Below, in pieces: positions 11,240 through 23,245 of a stretch of 64,000 nt of DNA. Made by a program: the position numbers and the translations under genes. The stretch is from Balamuthia mandrillaris (lineage: Eukaryota), in contig JAVKOQ020000110.1 of the NCBI GenBank assembly GCA_031835245.2, positions 1 to 64,000 of the forward strand. Reading direction: 5' to 3'. Every line of letters starts with the position of its first letter. The stretch's first letter is position 1. Under the pieces are notes generated by a model. It was not told the origin of the DNA, did no database searches, and saw only the letters and a program-made list of their open reading frames with translations.

Positions 11240-13413
11240 CTTCTTCTTCTTCTTCTTCTTCTTCTTCTTTTGCTGAAGGAGAGCCAAACAAGCACAAGAA
11301 CAAGGGAGAGCGGATAGAGGCACTGCTGGAGGTGATGATACATCCTAGGGTGGTGGGTGGCAGCAAAACCAATGCATACCTCTGCGCCCAACTGCTCCAG
11401 ATTTTGACGGAGGATGCGCATAAAAAAGAAAGCCATGATGCGGAGCAAGAAAGAGAGAGAAAAGGAAGAAGGTGGCAACAATGCAAGGCAGCTTGGATGG
11501 CGATGATCTCCACCAACGTCAAGAGGAATACCTTCATCTACACACATCTGATACACTCTGCTGCTCCACTGCTTCAGCATCTCAATCAAATGAAGACCGA
11601 AATGCCGAATAGGGAAAGCGAGTTCGAGGAAGAGATTGAAGAAGTATTGAGGGAAGTGAAGCAAATCTTTGTGTATATGACTGAAGAGGAGGCAGAGAAG
11701 GAAGAGGAGAAAGCAGGACAGGAACCCAAAGGAGAACAAACACCAAGCACTGCTTCCAACGGCGAAGTAACCGTCTGGAATGTACTTCTCAATCTCCTCA
11801 TCAAGAACGGACGTTGGTCGGAAGCTTATCAACTCTATCGCCAACAACAAAAAGAAAGCAGAGAAGCCGAAGAATCTGGGGAAAAGAAGAGCAAGAGAAT
11901 TCCAGAGGCAATAACGTATCAAATACTGCTAAAAGGATGTCCCAGCACAGAAGAGGCCGCTCAATTGCTAGAAGAGGCTATTCGCAATGGTTGTGTTCGC
12001 ACTCAACTCTGCAACGTATTTCTTGAAACCCTCTCTCGCCTGGCTTCGTCCCGAAAAGTGAAGACAAACAACGGGGAAGAAGGAGAAAGCCTGGTGATGT
12101 TCGAGCTTTATCGTCGCATGAAGAAGGAGGATCAGACTCAAGCAGAAGCAGAGGCCTTTCCACGACCAGACGGCTTTACTTTCAGCATTCTTCTGGAACA
12201 CTGCTCGAGAGAGCGTCTCTTCACACACGGAGAGCAATTGCTTGAACAAGACCTTCCTCTGTTTCTCCCTAACTGGCAACAGGACAGCGTCTTAGGTGCC
12301 TCCATCATCAACTTTTATGCTAAGAAGGGAGACCACGAAGCGGCGTTGCGTTGGTTCCGGAGAATGGAGGAAGGAGGAGGGAAGCCCAGCATCAGACACT
12401 TTAACTGCCTTCTCACTTCGTGCATCAATCCCTCTTCATTACGGTATGACACCTTTGTCTTCCGTGACTCGCCGCCCTCTTTGATGGAGGAAGAAGAAGA
12501 GAAGAACAGGAAGGAAGAAAGAGCAAAGATGATGGCCCAGGTGGAAGCTCTGAGAGAGGAAATGCAGCGAAAATGGGGATTGGAGGGAAGTGTGATAACG
12601 TACGACTATTTGATCCTGGCTGCCGGAAAGCTTGCCAACGACCACAACAAGGTTTGGTCCCTCTTCCGAGAGATGACACAGCAACGGCTTCGACCCGCAC
12701 CCATGACTTTCGGTTACCTCTCCGAAGCGATCGCCACCAGCTTTGCCGTTTCTCTATCTCATGCATCTTCTTTGGAGGAAAGAAAGAAGATGATACAAAC
12801 AGCAGAAGGGGAATTGATGCGAGTCTTGCGAGAGATAAAGAAAAAACGGGGAAGACTCCCGAAAGCATACAGACGTGATGCCTATCACCTTCTGTTCAGG
12901 CCTTTGACAGATTTCTATGGGCGAGTGGGCCAGTTGCAACAGTGCAGACACCTTCTTCGCGCGTTGTTGCATCGCTCCTCTTTGTCAACACAACAGCTCT
13001 TCGACTCCCTGTTGGAGACACACCAAGAAGAACCAGCAGAGCCAACTGTGCTCGTCACTCAACTCATCTCGGATTTCACTGCAGAAGAAGAGCGGCAAGA
13101 CGAAAAAGCAAACGCATTGACCGGGCTTCATCTTGCTCACTTGATCAAAGCTTGTCTTGTCAACCAAAAACACAACGAGGCAGAGGAGATTCTTAAAGCC
13201 ATGCGAAGGGCTTCTTCCTCTTCAGCGACGACACCGACGCTATTTGCTCCCGATGGAAAAACATACGTAACGTTCTTCAGCTATTGCTTAGCTGCTGGAG
13301 GAGAAGAAGAGAAACTTCGCGGCCTTCGCGTGCTGCAGTGGATGCGAGAGGACGGGGTGCTTCCCACCAACGACTACGCCAAGGAGGTCATTCGACGCTT
13401 GGAAGAAGAATAA
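10540..13413 (+). CDS. Pentatricopeptide-repeat (PPR) protein, probably mitochondrial (paralog 1); one intron 10844-10942
   Basis: Arg/Ser-rich transit-like N-terminus and PPR-like units (VTVWNVLLNLLIKNGRWSEAYQLY, PDGFTFSILLEHC, IINFYAKKGDHEAALRWFRRM, PDGKTYVTFFSYC). Splicing restores CRQ...HPNYFY, which is shared with paralog 2. Confidence 0.88.
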
Positions 13414-14245
13414 AAAAGGGGGTGTCAACATTGAGCTGCGTGAGCAACGTTTGCCTTAGAAAAATTCAGACCCCCAAAGAAAGAGAGAGATGAGAGAGAG
13501 ATGAGAGAGAGGGGGGGTGGGGAGAGAGAGAGAGAGATGAGGAGAGAGTAACGTTCTTCTTTGTTGCTTTCTTTTTCATTATTGTCGACGTACGTTATCC
13601 AGTTTTCCAACCTGCCAAATTTCTGCTTGTTTTCCACCAATGGTATTCCTCCGCCCACCAATTCACGCGAAATATCCCCCAGTTTCTCCAATGCGATTTC
13701 AAACAGGCGTGAGGATGACGATGCGTAGTTATTTCCCAATCAAAAAAAAGTTTTGCTTTCTCCCTTGGCCCGCGCCATCGGCACACACACCCGCTGCGGG
13801 GCAGACAGAAGACACACACACCACCGTCGTCGTCGCTGACACACGCACGCACGCACGCCCCTCCCAAAACAAGAAGAAAAAAAAAAGCAACAGAAGAAAC
13901 GAGCGAATCGACTCCGTTGCGTTCTTTTTTTTTTCTCCCCTCTCTCTCGCTCTCTCGCTCTCTTGTTGTGCTTTGTTTGTTTTGACGACGACGGTCACCG
14001 GGTGGAGTTTTTGTTTTGTTTTTGTTTTGTGTTGCATCCATCGGAAGAAAGAAAGAAAGGAAGAAAGAAAGATAAAGAGCAAAGTAGTGTTCCTTTTTTT
14101 ATTTTTTGTTGTTGTTGTTGTTGTTGTGGGTTTTTTTTTTCTTGCTACTGGGAACAACGTTTTTTGTCGATTTGACAAAATCGACGAAAAAGAAAGCATT
14201 TTGGAAAAAAAAAGTAAGAAAGAAACGGCGCAACCGCACAACCTC

Positions 14246-15201
14246 ATGACGGAGCCACTTGAAGAGGATACCGAAACTCTTTTGGAGAGGTTACAAAGGC
14301 TCAAGGAGGAGTACTTGGGTCACAAACAAGAGCTTGGTGTACGTCTTTTTCTGTTGTTGGTTGTTGTTGTTTGGTTTCTTTCTCTTCCTCTCCTCTTCGA
14401 GCCTTATTATTTTTTTTTTGGGCATCTTTCTTTTCTTTTGTTCATCGACACACAAAAACAAAGCTTACCTCGATTGAACGCACAAAAGGTGACTTTTGTG
14501 GAGTCGTTGGTGGACTTTGAAGAGAACGCCGCCACAGAGGACACCTCCGCTGCGTCCAACAACAGCACCAACGCGCATTCGAGCTCTTCTGCCTCTTGGC
14601 ACGGCCACCACAACGGTAACAGCAACAGCAACAACGACGAGGACTCGGCTGGCTCTGGTGGAGGGGGACCGGTCACTCGCGGAAGAAGAGCGAGCGCGCG
14701 AGCGGCGCAGCAGCGGAGGAACGCTGAGGTGGACACCTTTCTGCACATTGACTGCGCTAATCTCACCGGTACTGTTCTCCTCTTCTCTCTCCTCCTCGTC
14801 GTTCTCTTCTTCCTTCCTGCATCTTATTGATTTTTTTCCTTTGATGTGATGTTTACGATTTATTTTTTCTCCATGGAACAGCGTGCATGCAGAGAGCACT
14901 GCGGGAACTTGGTCCCTGCCACTTTGACACGATCGTGGAGTTTATTCGGGTGGTACGTTCTCCCTCTCTCCTCTCTGCTCCTCATTTTTCTATATGCTTC
15001 AAGTCCCGTTTCTTTATACGATTATTTTTTTGCTCCTTCGTGTTGTTTTTCCTGTTTAGCCCACTAAAACTTGGTATTGTTCTTGTTGCAGAATTGGGAT
15101 AAAGTAAAGCGAACAGCGGACTCTGCATTCAATGGCAACGAATGTGTCAAAGCCATTCTCTCTGTTTTGCGGAACGACTCGCTCTTCACCGTACCTTCTT
15201 C

Positions 15202-15238
<37 letters not shown>

Positions 15239-15710
15239 TCTTTCTCCCTCCCACTCCGTAGAGAGATCCAAATTTTTACTCCTCTTTTGAAACGTTTGTT
15301 ACCAAACATGTTTAGAAGGACGCTGAGAGAGAAGGCAACTGGACGCTAACCCCGGGCTCTCGCAGCGTGGATGCTAAAAACGACCCAAGTTCTTCTCACC
15401 CTCCCTCCGCATCGTTGGCAGGTAACGTACTCTAATCAATTGCTCTCTTCTTCTTCTTCTTCATCCATTGTCTGACATTTTCTTTTCGTAGAATGTGTGA
15501 TTCAGGCCATTCGATGGAGTACTGCGAATGGAGGTTCCACTGTAGATAACATTACTACTTTCGTATTGAAGGAATGGACCAGAGTCCCTACTCTCATGGA
15601 CAAGGACGTCAGGAGTAAGGTTCTCATGACACTTCAAAGTAATCCTCGGTTCTATGTACGTTACAAACAACTTCTAACTCTTTCACATATATTAGTTTCT
15701 CCGTTCTCAT

Positions 15711-15747
<37 letters not shown>

Positions 15748-17553
15748 GAAAATAACAAATGATCCTGATTGCTATGGTGTATCGAAACGAAATAGAGTAA
15801 GTTCCATTCTTGCGCTCTCTTCTCAGACTTTGTTTCTTATTTTACTCTGTTGACAAATGTAACACAAAACTAGACGAGTTCTTTTACAAGATATCGTGAT
15901 GAAGAAGTTCTGCGTTCGAATCCATCAAGGGCTGCTCGGAGGCGAGGTTTGGTTACACCACCGCCAGGCTTTGTGTGTGGTTGTGGAGCGACCACACCAG
16001 GCAAAGGCCCATTGGCCAAATGGAAGAAGATAAACGAAGAGTTTATGTGCAGTAGCTGCGCTCAACAACAACAGCAGTCATCTAATCAACCACCAACAAC
16101 GAGACAAAGGCGAAAAGAACAGAACAACAAGCAACAACTGGTGGAAGAGAACGGATTCTTTCGGTTGAACTACAGGGAAGAGCTGCAGCGGGACAAAAGA
16201 AAGAACTCCTCCTCTATGATGATCCTTGCCAGCCTTCACTCTCCTCGGGATGAGGACGAAGGAGAGGAGGACGAAAAGGACGATCCCAACACAAGAGACT
16301 ACGAGAGAGAGGAGGAGCCGGACGAACACAAACGAGCAGCAGATGATGGTGAAGATGCAGCGGACGAGGAGGGTGGTGCGTTAGATGATGCAGAGGACGA
16401 AATGGAAGCGGCAAAAGAAGAGGAAGCCTCACCACAACAAGAGGAAGAAGAAGGACATGAAGAAGAAGAAGGCGAGGGCGAACACGAAGAGGAAGAAGAG
16501 GAAGGTGAAGAAGCAGGCGAAGAAGAAGAAGACTCTGATGAGGATGAAGACGAGGACGGTGATGGCAAAGATAGTCCCTGGATATGCTGCGATGCCTGTC
16601 AATCATGGGTGTTGGCCAAAAGCGACAACATCTACGACATCAGTATTTATGATGATTCCAACCCGAACCACTTAGACTACTTTTGTCCTGCGTGTCGACG
16701 CAAGGGCAAAGGCAACGGCAATCATCCCAATGGCGTAGATTCTCCCTCTTCTTCAACTTCTTCTCACAATGGCAACAACAAACATAACAGCAGTAACAAC
16801 TCTGTCCACGGTAGCGACGCTTCTGATGGCGGCAACAGCAACAAACGACGACGCACCTCCAACAACAATAGTAACAACAACGTCATAGTCAAAACGGAAG
16901 CGCCTGATGCGAGCGATTCTGTTCCTTCAGATTCTACCAACAACAAACGGCCAACTGGCAGAGGGAGAGGACGAGCGCGAAAACGAGCGTTAGGATGGGA
17001 GAGCGAAGGAGGTTCCGGGACAGGAGAAGATGGCGCTTCCCCTTTGTTTGGCAGCAAGTTGGACCAAATGGAGCATAAGCTGAAGAGCGAGTACGGTGCT
17101 GCCGAGCATTTGAACCCAACAACAACAAAGAGCAACACCAAACGAACAAAAGGCAGAAGAGGCGGAGCGGCAGGCGCCACTTCCACTCGACGACGAAATG
17201 GTTCAACGACAACGGACACAATGACGGAGGAACAACGACAACTCGAGGAACAGTTTTGGTTGGACTTTGAGAAGTACAAGGTTTCCTTGGCTCAGTCCCG
17301 CGACTCGGTATGGGAACGAAACCGTCAAAACTATGAGAAGAAGATAGAGCAGCTCCGCCTGGAGAAGGAGAGGTTGGACGCGCAGGCCGATGCCGACCTG
17401 GCCAAGCAGCTCAACGACTATTTCAAGCGTAAACGAAAGCGGCTGACCGAGAAGACGGAGCAGCTGTTAGGAGGAGGACGCTCCGCGAATTCTTCTTCTC
17501 CAAGAACAAGAGCGAACGGCACTTCCACTAGAAGTAGGCATGGAGGAGCATGA
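14246..17553 (+). CDS. Putative chromatin protein: two winged-helix-like segments, GATA-like CxC..CxxC finger, acidic tract, degenerate PHD-like finger, C-terminal coiled coil
   Basis: CGCGATTPGKGPLAKWKK...MCSSC; WICCDACQSWV...YFCPAC; helical segments FDTIVEFIRVNWDKV and VIQAIRW...VDNITTFVLKEW. GT-AG introns link the exons. Confidence 0.7.
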
Positions 17554-18049
17554 CTGAATGGTCAGCGATTAGAGGATTGAAGGGGTAGATTCCTTTTATG
17601 TCTTTCTTCTCTTTGTTTTCGTTGCATGTTATGCTTGTAGATGTTTGTAGATCGTTACTTTTAGAACAAAGAAACTCATTCTCTTCTTTCTCTTCTTTCC
17701 CTCCTCTCTTCTCCCCTCTCTCTTCTCTCCTATCCGCTGTCCCCTCGCCTTTTTGCTTCTGTTCTCTCTCTCTGTCTCGCTCTCTCTCCCTTATCCTCGC
17801 TCATATCCTCTTTCTATTTCGCCAAAAAAGGGCCTACCAGGAGGAACCAACCGACACCACAAACAAAAAAACGACGAACAAGAAAGGGAGGAGGAAAGGG
17901 CAAAAAACGAAAGACAACCTACGCAGCGGGCCCATACGCTAATGTTGTGCGCTACAGCAAAAGGGAGCGAGCAACGGGAAGGTTTGCAGGCGGAGCATCT
18001 TATTGTCTCCATTTGTGAGGTCGGCTGGTTGGACTAACAATACCATGCT

Positions 18050-18652
18050 ATGGATTCTTTTTTTTCTTCAAAACTGCAAGGCCGAAGACCTGTGAGCTTC
18101 GGCTCTAGCTCCGAATGGACGCGGGCTGCACCTGTGAGACCAAACCTCCCAAAAGAAACGATATCTCTGCCTTGTTGGCCGCCACAGCAACAGCAACAGC
18201 AGCAAAAGCAAGCTACAGCGACACAAGAGAGCGAAGACAAAGACAAAGAGGAGGAGCAGGAAGAAGAGACAGTGCAAGCACCCGACGAAGCAGCAGCTAA
18301 AACAGCTTCTCTGCGACAACAAACGATTGAAGAACTCTTCAAAACAGAACGACAATACATAGACGACCTCAGCCGAATCATCAACGTACGTTTCAACTGT
18401 CACTTTGTTTCTCTTTGCGTGGAGAGTGCATTTCTTTTGTAACAACTAAACAACCGCAGGTTTTCATGGCCCCTTTGAAGGCTGCTGACGTCTTGAAAGA
18501 AAAGGAAATAGCAACTTTGTTTTCGAACATTGAAGTCCTCCTGAAGATCAACACCGAGTTTTATAGGACGCTTACGACAAAGCTGAAAGATGGAAGGGCC
18601 ACATCAGACCTCAGCATTGGCGAAGTTTTTGTGAGCATGGTATTAGTCATCT

Positions 18653-18703
<51 letters not shown>

Positions 18704-20134
18704 CTCTCTCTTGCTCTCTCTACCTCTCCCATTCTCTCCAGTCTCTTCTTTCTTTTTTCTTTTAGTTTTATTTTATTCTCTAACTGCATGGTCTCCTTCT
18801 CCTTTGTCGTTGCAATATACACCACTCGCCTCATCATAGTCGGACTACTTTAAAATGTATTCCACTTATTGTAGCAATCACCCATCAGCAGTTGAGCTGC
18901 TCATCGCTAAAAACAAAAACGCCAACTTTGCCAAAGTTTTAAAGGTGCAGTTTTCTTCAATGCTCAGATTTTGCTCTCGTTCTTTTGTGATTCTTGTTTA
19001 CTTGTATTCTTCTTTTCCTGGTTGTTCTTCTTCGTTTCTTTTTGCGCCGCTTCTTCTCTAAACATACAGCAAATCCATGGCGATAGTGCCACACGAGGCA
19101 TCGAATTGAATGCCTACCTCATCAAACCCGTTCAACGAATCTGTAAATATCCCCTACTTATCCGAGAGCTCCAGAAACACACGCCCGAAGATCACCCCGA
19201 CCGTCAACCTCTCCACGAAGCCGAAAAGCTTATCTGTCACATAGTGGGCTATGTCAACGATGGCTCTCGCACCGCCCAACAACAACGCATGACCATAACC
19301 GTGAACCACCTCGTGGAGGACTGCAAAGACTTGGTCACTCCTACTCGTCTTTTCCTGCAAGAAGGAACCTTCCTGCTCTACAACGCAGCAAATATCAACG
19401 AGAGACCTGTCAAAGTGGTGCTCTTCCTTTTCAACGACCTTTTGATCATCACCAAACCGAAGCATCATAAATACTTGGAGGAGGACAAGCGGTGTCGCAA
19501 TTGTTTTACGCTGCGAGCTCAGATCCCTCTTGACGCTCTCAAGATAGTAGACTTGCACATGGCTGAATTAGGTCCTTCCTTTGAGATTCGGCACGTTCTC
19601 AGTGCCGAGGAATGGGCAATCAAGGTGGAAACCTTTTTGGGGCAGACACCTCGCAACGAGCCACAGTTCCGGCGGTATGTTCTGGGAACGGAGAGAGAAG
19701 AGGACAAAGCAAGTTGGATGGGAACGCTAAAGTCGCTGGAGAGGAGCTTTCAGCTGGAAAAGTTCAAACTGATGGAGCACAACGCACAACACCAACCGCC
19801 GAAAGCGTCCATGCCAAGGGGCATCTCCTGTCCTCCAGTGGTGAATCCAGGCTTCGGTATTCCCAGGGCAATGAGCGCAGGTCCTTTGAGGGGGATACCA
19901 GGGGACCGAAGGAGCTTTCCAAGAGCTTCCTCATGGCGGTCATCAGCGCCCACGCAAATGCATGGCAACAAACCTTCCTCCGCCCATTCAACAAGCACCA
20001 GCGAGCCGTCAGGAGCAGGGTCGGCTTCGGGAGTAGCTCTGCACCGCACCTTTTCGGGTCGTTCTTGTTTGTCAACTGTTAGTTTCTCTAAGCCAGGCTT
20101 AGGAGAAACCAGCTCAAACGGGGCTGGGCAATGA
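18050..20134 (+). CDS. Dbl-family RhoGEF (DH-PH)
   Basis: RQQTIEELFKTERQYIDDL, LFSNIE, YSTYCSNH, LNAYLIKPVQRICKYPLLIRELQKHTP, then a PH domain (LFLFNDLLIITK). Confidence 0.93.
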
Positions 20135-20459
20135 CAAAATACTATTTATTCTGATAATACTAATAATAATAAACAAAAGCGTGTCTTCATCGGAGGGACA
20201 CCTGTCTCGTTATCCGTCGACCAAAAAGGGAATTTGTCGTCGACGTTCTCGTATACTGTCCGCGCATAACTGAGATTTTCAACTCCTCAAGCAGGAAGCA
20301 AAAGAAAAAGAAGTAGCAAAGAAGAAGCAACAAGAAGCAAAGAAGCACAAGCACTCCGCGCTAAATTCCTTAAATTCCTCTTTTTCATGTTTTTCATTTT
20401 GTCGACCTTTCCTTTTTCGTCTACAAAAGAAAGAAAAAAGAAGGGGAAAGGTACAAAAA

Positions 20460-21018
20460 ATGATTAAAGATGAGAAAGAAGGCAACGAGGAGGCAACGAG
20501 GGCACCTCAATTGGCGGCTGGGCTGCCCCGACCACCACTGGTGATTCCTTGGGAAAAGGTAGTAGATATAGTATTTACTGCACTTGGCCCAGCAATCAAA
20601 CGTGCTATTCGACGCAAGCCACAAAAGCTTCCTGTCACAGCGGCTGCTCCTCTTCACCCCATTTTCCATTCTGCCTATTTTGGTACACTAGAAGAGCGTA
20701 CCCTGAGCACAGAGCAAGAACTGTTGGACGTGTTTGGCCATTATACAAGGAGAGAGTTCAAACATGGCTCCTATGCAGTGCTGGCTCCAAATGTTACCAT
20801 CAAGTATATGGCAAATACAGAGAAAACGCGGCTGAAGTTGAAGTATCGCGTTTACAATTGGAATAACGTACTTCAGTGGCCAGAAAGCTATTCTTTTGAG
20901 GTTTGTTTTGTTTGGTTTGGTTTGGTGTTATTTTTTTTGTTTTCATTTTTCTACCCTTTTAAGCCTTTCTGCCCTTTATTTCTTTCCTCTAAAACTTTTT
21001 TTCATTTAAAAGGACTGA
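20460..21018 (+). CDS. Unknown ~148 aa protein inside the element (ORF2); likely intron 20901-21012
   Basis: Complex, non-repetitive ORF MIKDEK...WPESYSFE, then GTTTGT...AAAG|GAC TGA. No recognisable domain. Confidence 0.55.
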
Positions 21019-21805
21019 TGGACCTCTCCTTTTTCTGTCTCCGTTGGACCAAGGACCTCTCCTCCTTCTCCTCCGCTGGACCTTTCCTCCTCTGTTGGGC
21101 CTCTCCTTCTCCTCCTCCGTTGGACCTCTTCTCCTCCTCCTTTGGACCTCTTCTCCTTCTCCTCCTCTGTTGGACCTCTCCTCTTTCTCCTCCTCCATTG
21201 GACTCTTTCTCCTCCATTGGACCTCTTCTCCTCTTCCTCCTCCTCTGTTGGACCTCTCCTCCTTCTCCTCCTCCATTGGACTCTTTTTCCTCCGTTGGAC
21301 CTCTTCTCCTCCTCCATTGGACCTCTTCTTCTCCTCTGTTGGACCTCTTTTCCTTCTCCTCCTCTATTGGACCTCTCCTCCTTCTCCTTCTCCATTGGAC
21401 TTCTCCTTCTCCACCATTGGACCTCTCCTCCTCCTCTGTTGGGCCTCTTCTCCTCCTCTTCTTTCTCCTCTGTTGGACCTCTCCTCCTCCATTGGATCCC
21501 TCCTCTTCCTCCATTGGACCTCTTCTCTGTTGGACCTCTCCTCCTCCGTTGGATTCCTCCTCTCTTCATTGGACTGTTTCTCCTCCTCCTCTCCTCCTCC
21601 TCCTTCTCCTCTTCCATTGGACCTCCTCCATTGAACCTCTTCCTCCTTCATTGGACCTCTCCTCCTTCTCCTCCTCCATTGGACTACTCCTTGGACCTCT
21701 CCTCTTCCACCTCTGGTGGACCTCTCCTCCTCCATTGGACTACTCCTCTTTTGTTGGACCTCTTCTCTTCTACCTCTGTTGGACCTCTCCTCCTCTGTTG
21801 CACCT
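21019..21805. repeat. Minisatellite of about 35 units with core C(CG/CA/TG/TA)TTGGACCTCT separated by (CTC)n spacers
   Basis: Counted by eye. All overlapping long ORFs here are low-complexity translations of the repeat. Confidence 0.95.
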
Positions 21806-21869
21806 CTCTTGTACATCTCTCTCTCTCTCTCTCTCTCTCTCTTCTTATTTTTTTAAAACCCTTTTTCTT

Positions 21870-22683
21870 TTATTGTTTAACAATATATTTTTCCATGTCA
21901 GGGTGAATTGCTAGATTTCTTGTGCTCCAAAGAGCCTTTTTTGGAGTCACAGGAGTCCTTGTGAATTTTGGTACGTGAATAGGAACTAAGTTCTGAGATT
22001 GGTGGTGTGTTATGCGCCAATCATAGTTGAGTTGTTGTTTGCACACGTTGTTGTTTTTGGTTTGTTTAAAATGTGAGCTTGACTGTTGGATTGTCTTTTT
22101 GTTGACACTATGCTTGCTTTCAATTCCAAAATTAGCAAAACGTTGCACAGACCCAAACTTTTCCAAATAAAAGCCAAGATGGTACACGAAGATGTGAATG
22201 TAAGGAGTGACCTCACTTTTATCATAGCGAGCAGTAAAAGCATGGCCAAATTCTCTTGCTTCAGTTAGCCATTCTTCCTGTGTGATGTTTACCTTCAAAA
22301 AGAGTAAGTACAAATTTCTTTTCCTTTTTCTTTTTTCTTTCTTTTTTCTTTTTTCTTTTTCTTTTTTCTTTTTTCTTTTCTTTTTGGTTTAAAACTGTAC
22401 TTACTTTGTCATACACAGCAAGTGAGATCAGCTTGTGATATGATGTCCACACTTTGATGACATCTGCTACTTTCTTCTGTTGTTGAGGTGTTTGTGCTCC
22501 TTCCTGCAGCACCATCAAAAAGCGTTGATGATGCTCAATGATGGCTTGGTGTTGTGGCAAGACAGTTGTCTAAGTAGAAAAGGTTTGTTATTATTATTAT
22601 TTTTTAAAAATGTACAACAGACAGAAGACTCATAAATACAAGGAAAAAGTATAGGGCTAATTGAAAAAAAAGCAGTGAAAAGA

Positions 22684-22745
<62 letters not shown>

Positions 22746-22980
22746 TGTAAGTCATTTACTAACCTTTGTGACGACAAGGAAAAGGCAGAGCTCGAACCTT
22801 CCCTGTTCGTGTCTTTTGCATTCTTTCTAGCTCACGGCAGCAACCACAATTTGCAACAGTGCATGGATGAAGACCAAGACCACGTTCATGTTGGGTTTTG
22901 TTGGAACGTGTGGAAAAACATGGTCCCTGCTCTCCCTTTCGGCTGCGACAAAATAGGTGCTCGCACACAAACGCCTCCAT
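21870..22980 (-). pseudogene. Spliced RAG1/Transib/Chapaev-like DDE transposase remnant (Cys/His-rich N-terminus + C-terminal catalytic-E region)
   Basis: VTPYIHIFVYHLGFYLEKFGSVQRFANFGIESKH matches the T-x-Y-x-H-x4-H...G-S-x3-aromatic-A-x2-G-x-E-S pattern of RAG1. Exons are joined by a GTAAGT...GAAG intron. The upstream exon has C/H clusters (CEHLFC...HERGLGLHPCTVANCGCC). The two catalytic Asp regions were not found. Confidence 0.72.
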
Positions 22981-23245
22981 TGTCTTCTCTGTGCTTGTTT
23001 GGCTTGAAAAATAATAAATAACAAACCAGAAAAGTAAAAGTCGACAATTAAAAAAATGAATGACATCAGCGACGGTTGAATCAACCGTCACTGACGTCAA
23101 CTTCACTAAAATAGGGTCTGCTGACGTATTTTCAGAAATTCCATTACTCGGAGTGCCCTCATATTTTTTTTTTTGTTTGTATAGGAGAGAACCAATTCAA
23201 CAAGCCAAAAAAAAAAAAAAAAGAACACATACACAAAAACAAAAA

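Larger units (their letters stand above)
20190..23160. mobile_element. Degenerate DNA transposon of the Transib/RAG1/CMC(Chapaev) group, two convergent ORFs; boundaries approximate
   Basis: Contains a transposase C-terminal motif, an internal minisatellite, a subterminal palindrome and CpG decay. It lies between the RhoGEF 3' end and SF3B5. Confidence 0.65.

Noticed and set aside
13640..14245. N-terminal extension of the 396 aa ORF
   Set aside because: Low-complexity promoter/UTR-like sequence with a non-ATG-supported composition; the plausible start is ATG 14246.
20460..21018. ORF2 as a RAG2 homolog
   Set aside because: Too short, and no kelch repeats or PHD finger are visible.
21019..21805. 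CRISPR-like array
   Set aside because: Spacers are low-complexity CTC runs rather than unique sequences; eukaryotic context and no cas genes.
20989..21914. Long Leu/Pro/Ser- or Arg/Glu-rich ORFs, including the 484 aa ORF extension
   Set aside because: These are translations of a stop-poor minisatellite in several frames.
20190..23160. RSS-like or Transib-type terminal inverted repeats and TSD for the transposon
   Set aside because: Only GAGGG(A)CAC at ~20193 versus GTGCCCTC at ~23153 match. No CACAGTG heptamer/nonamer pair and no matching flanking duplication were found, so termini are unproven.
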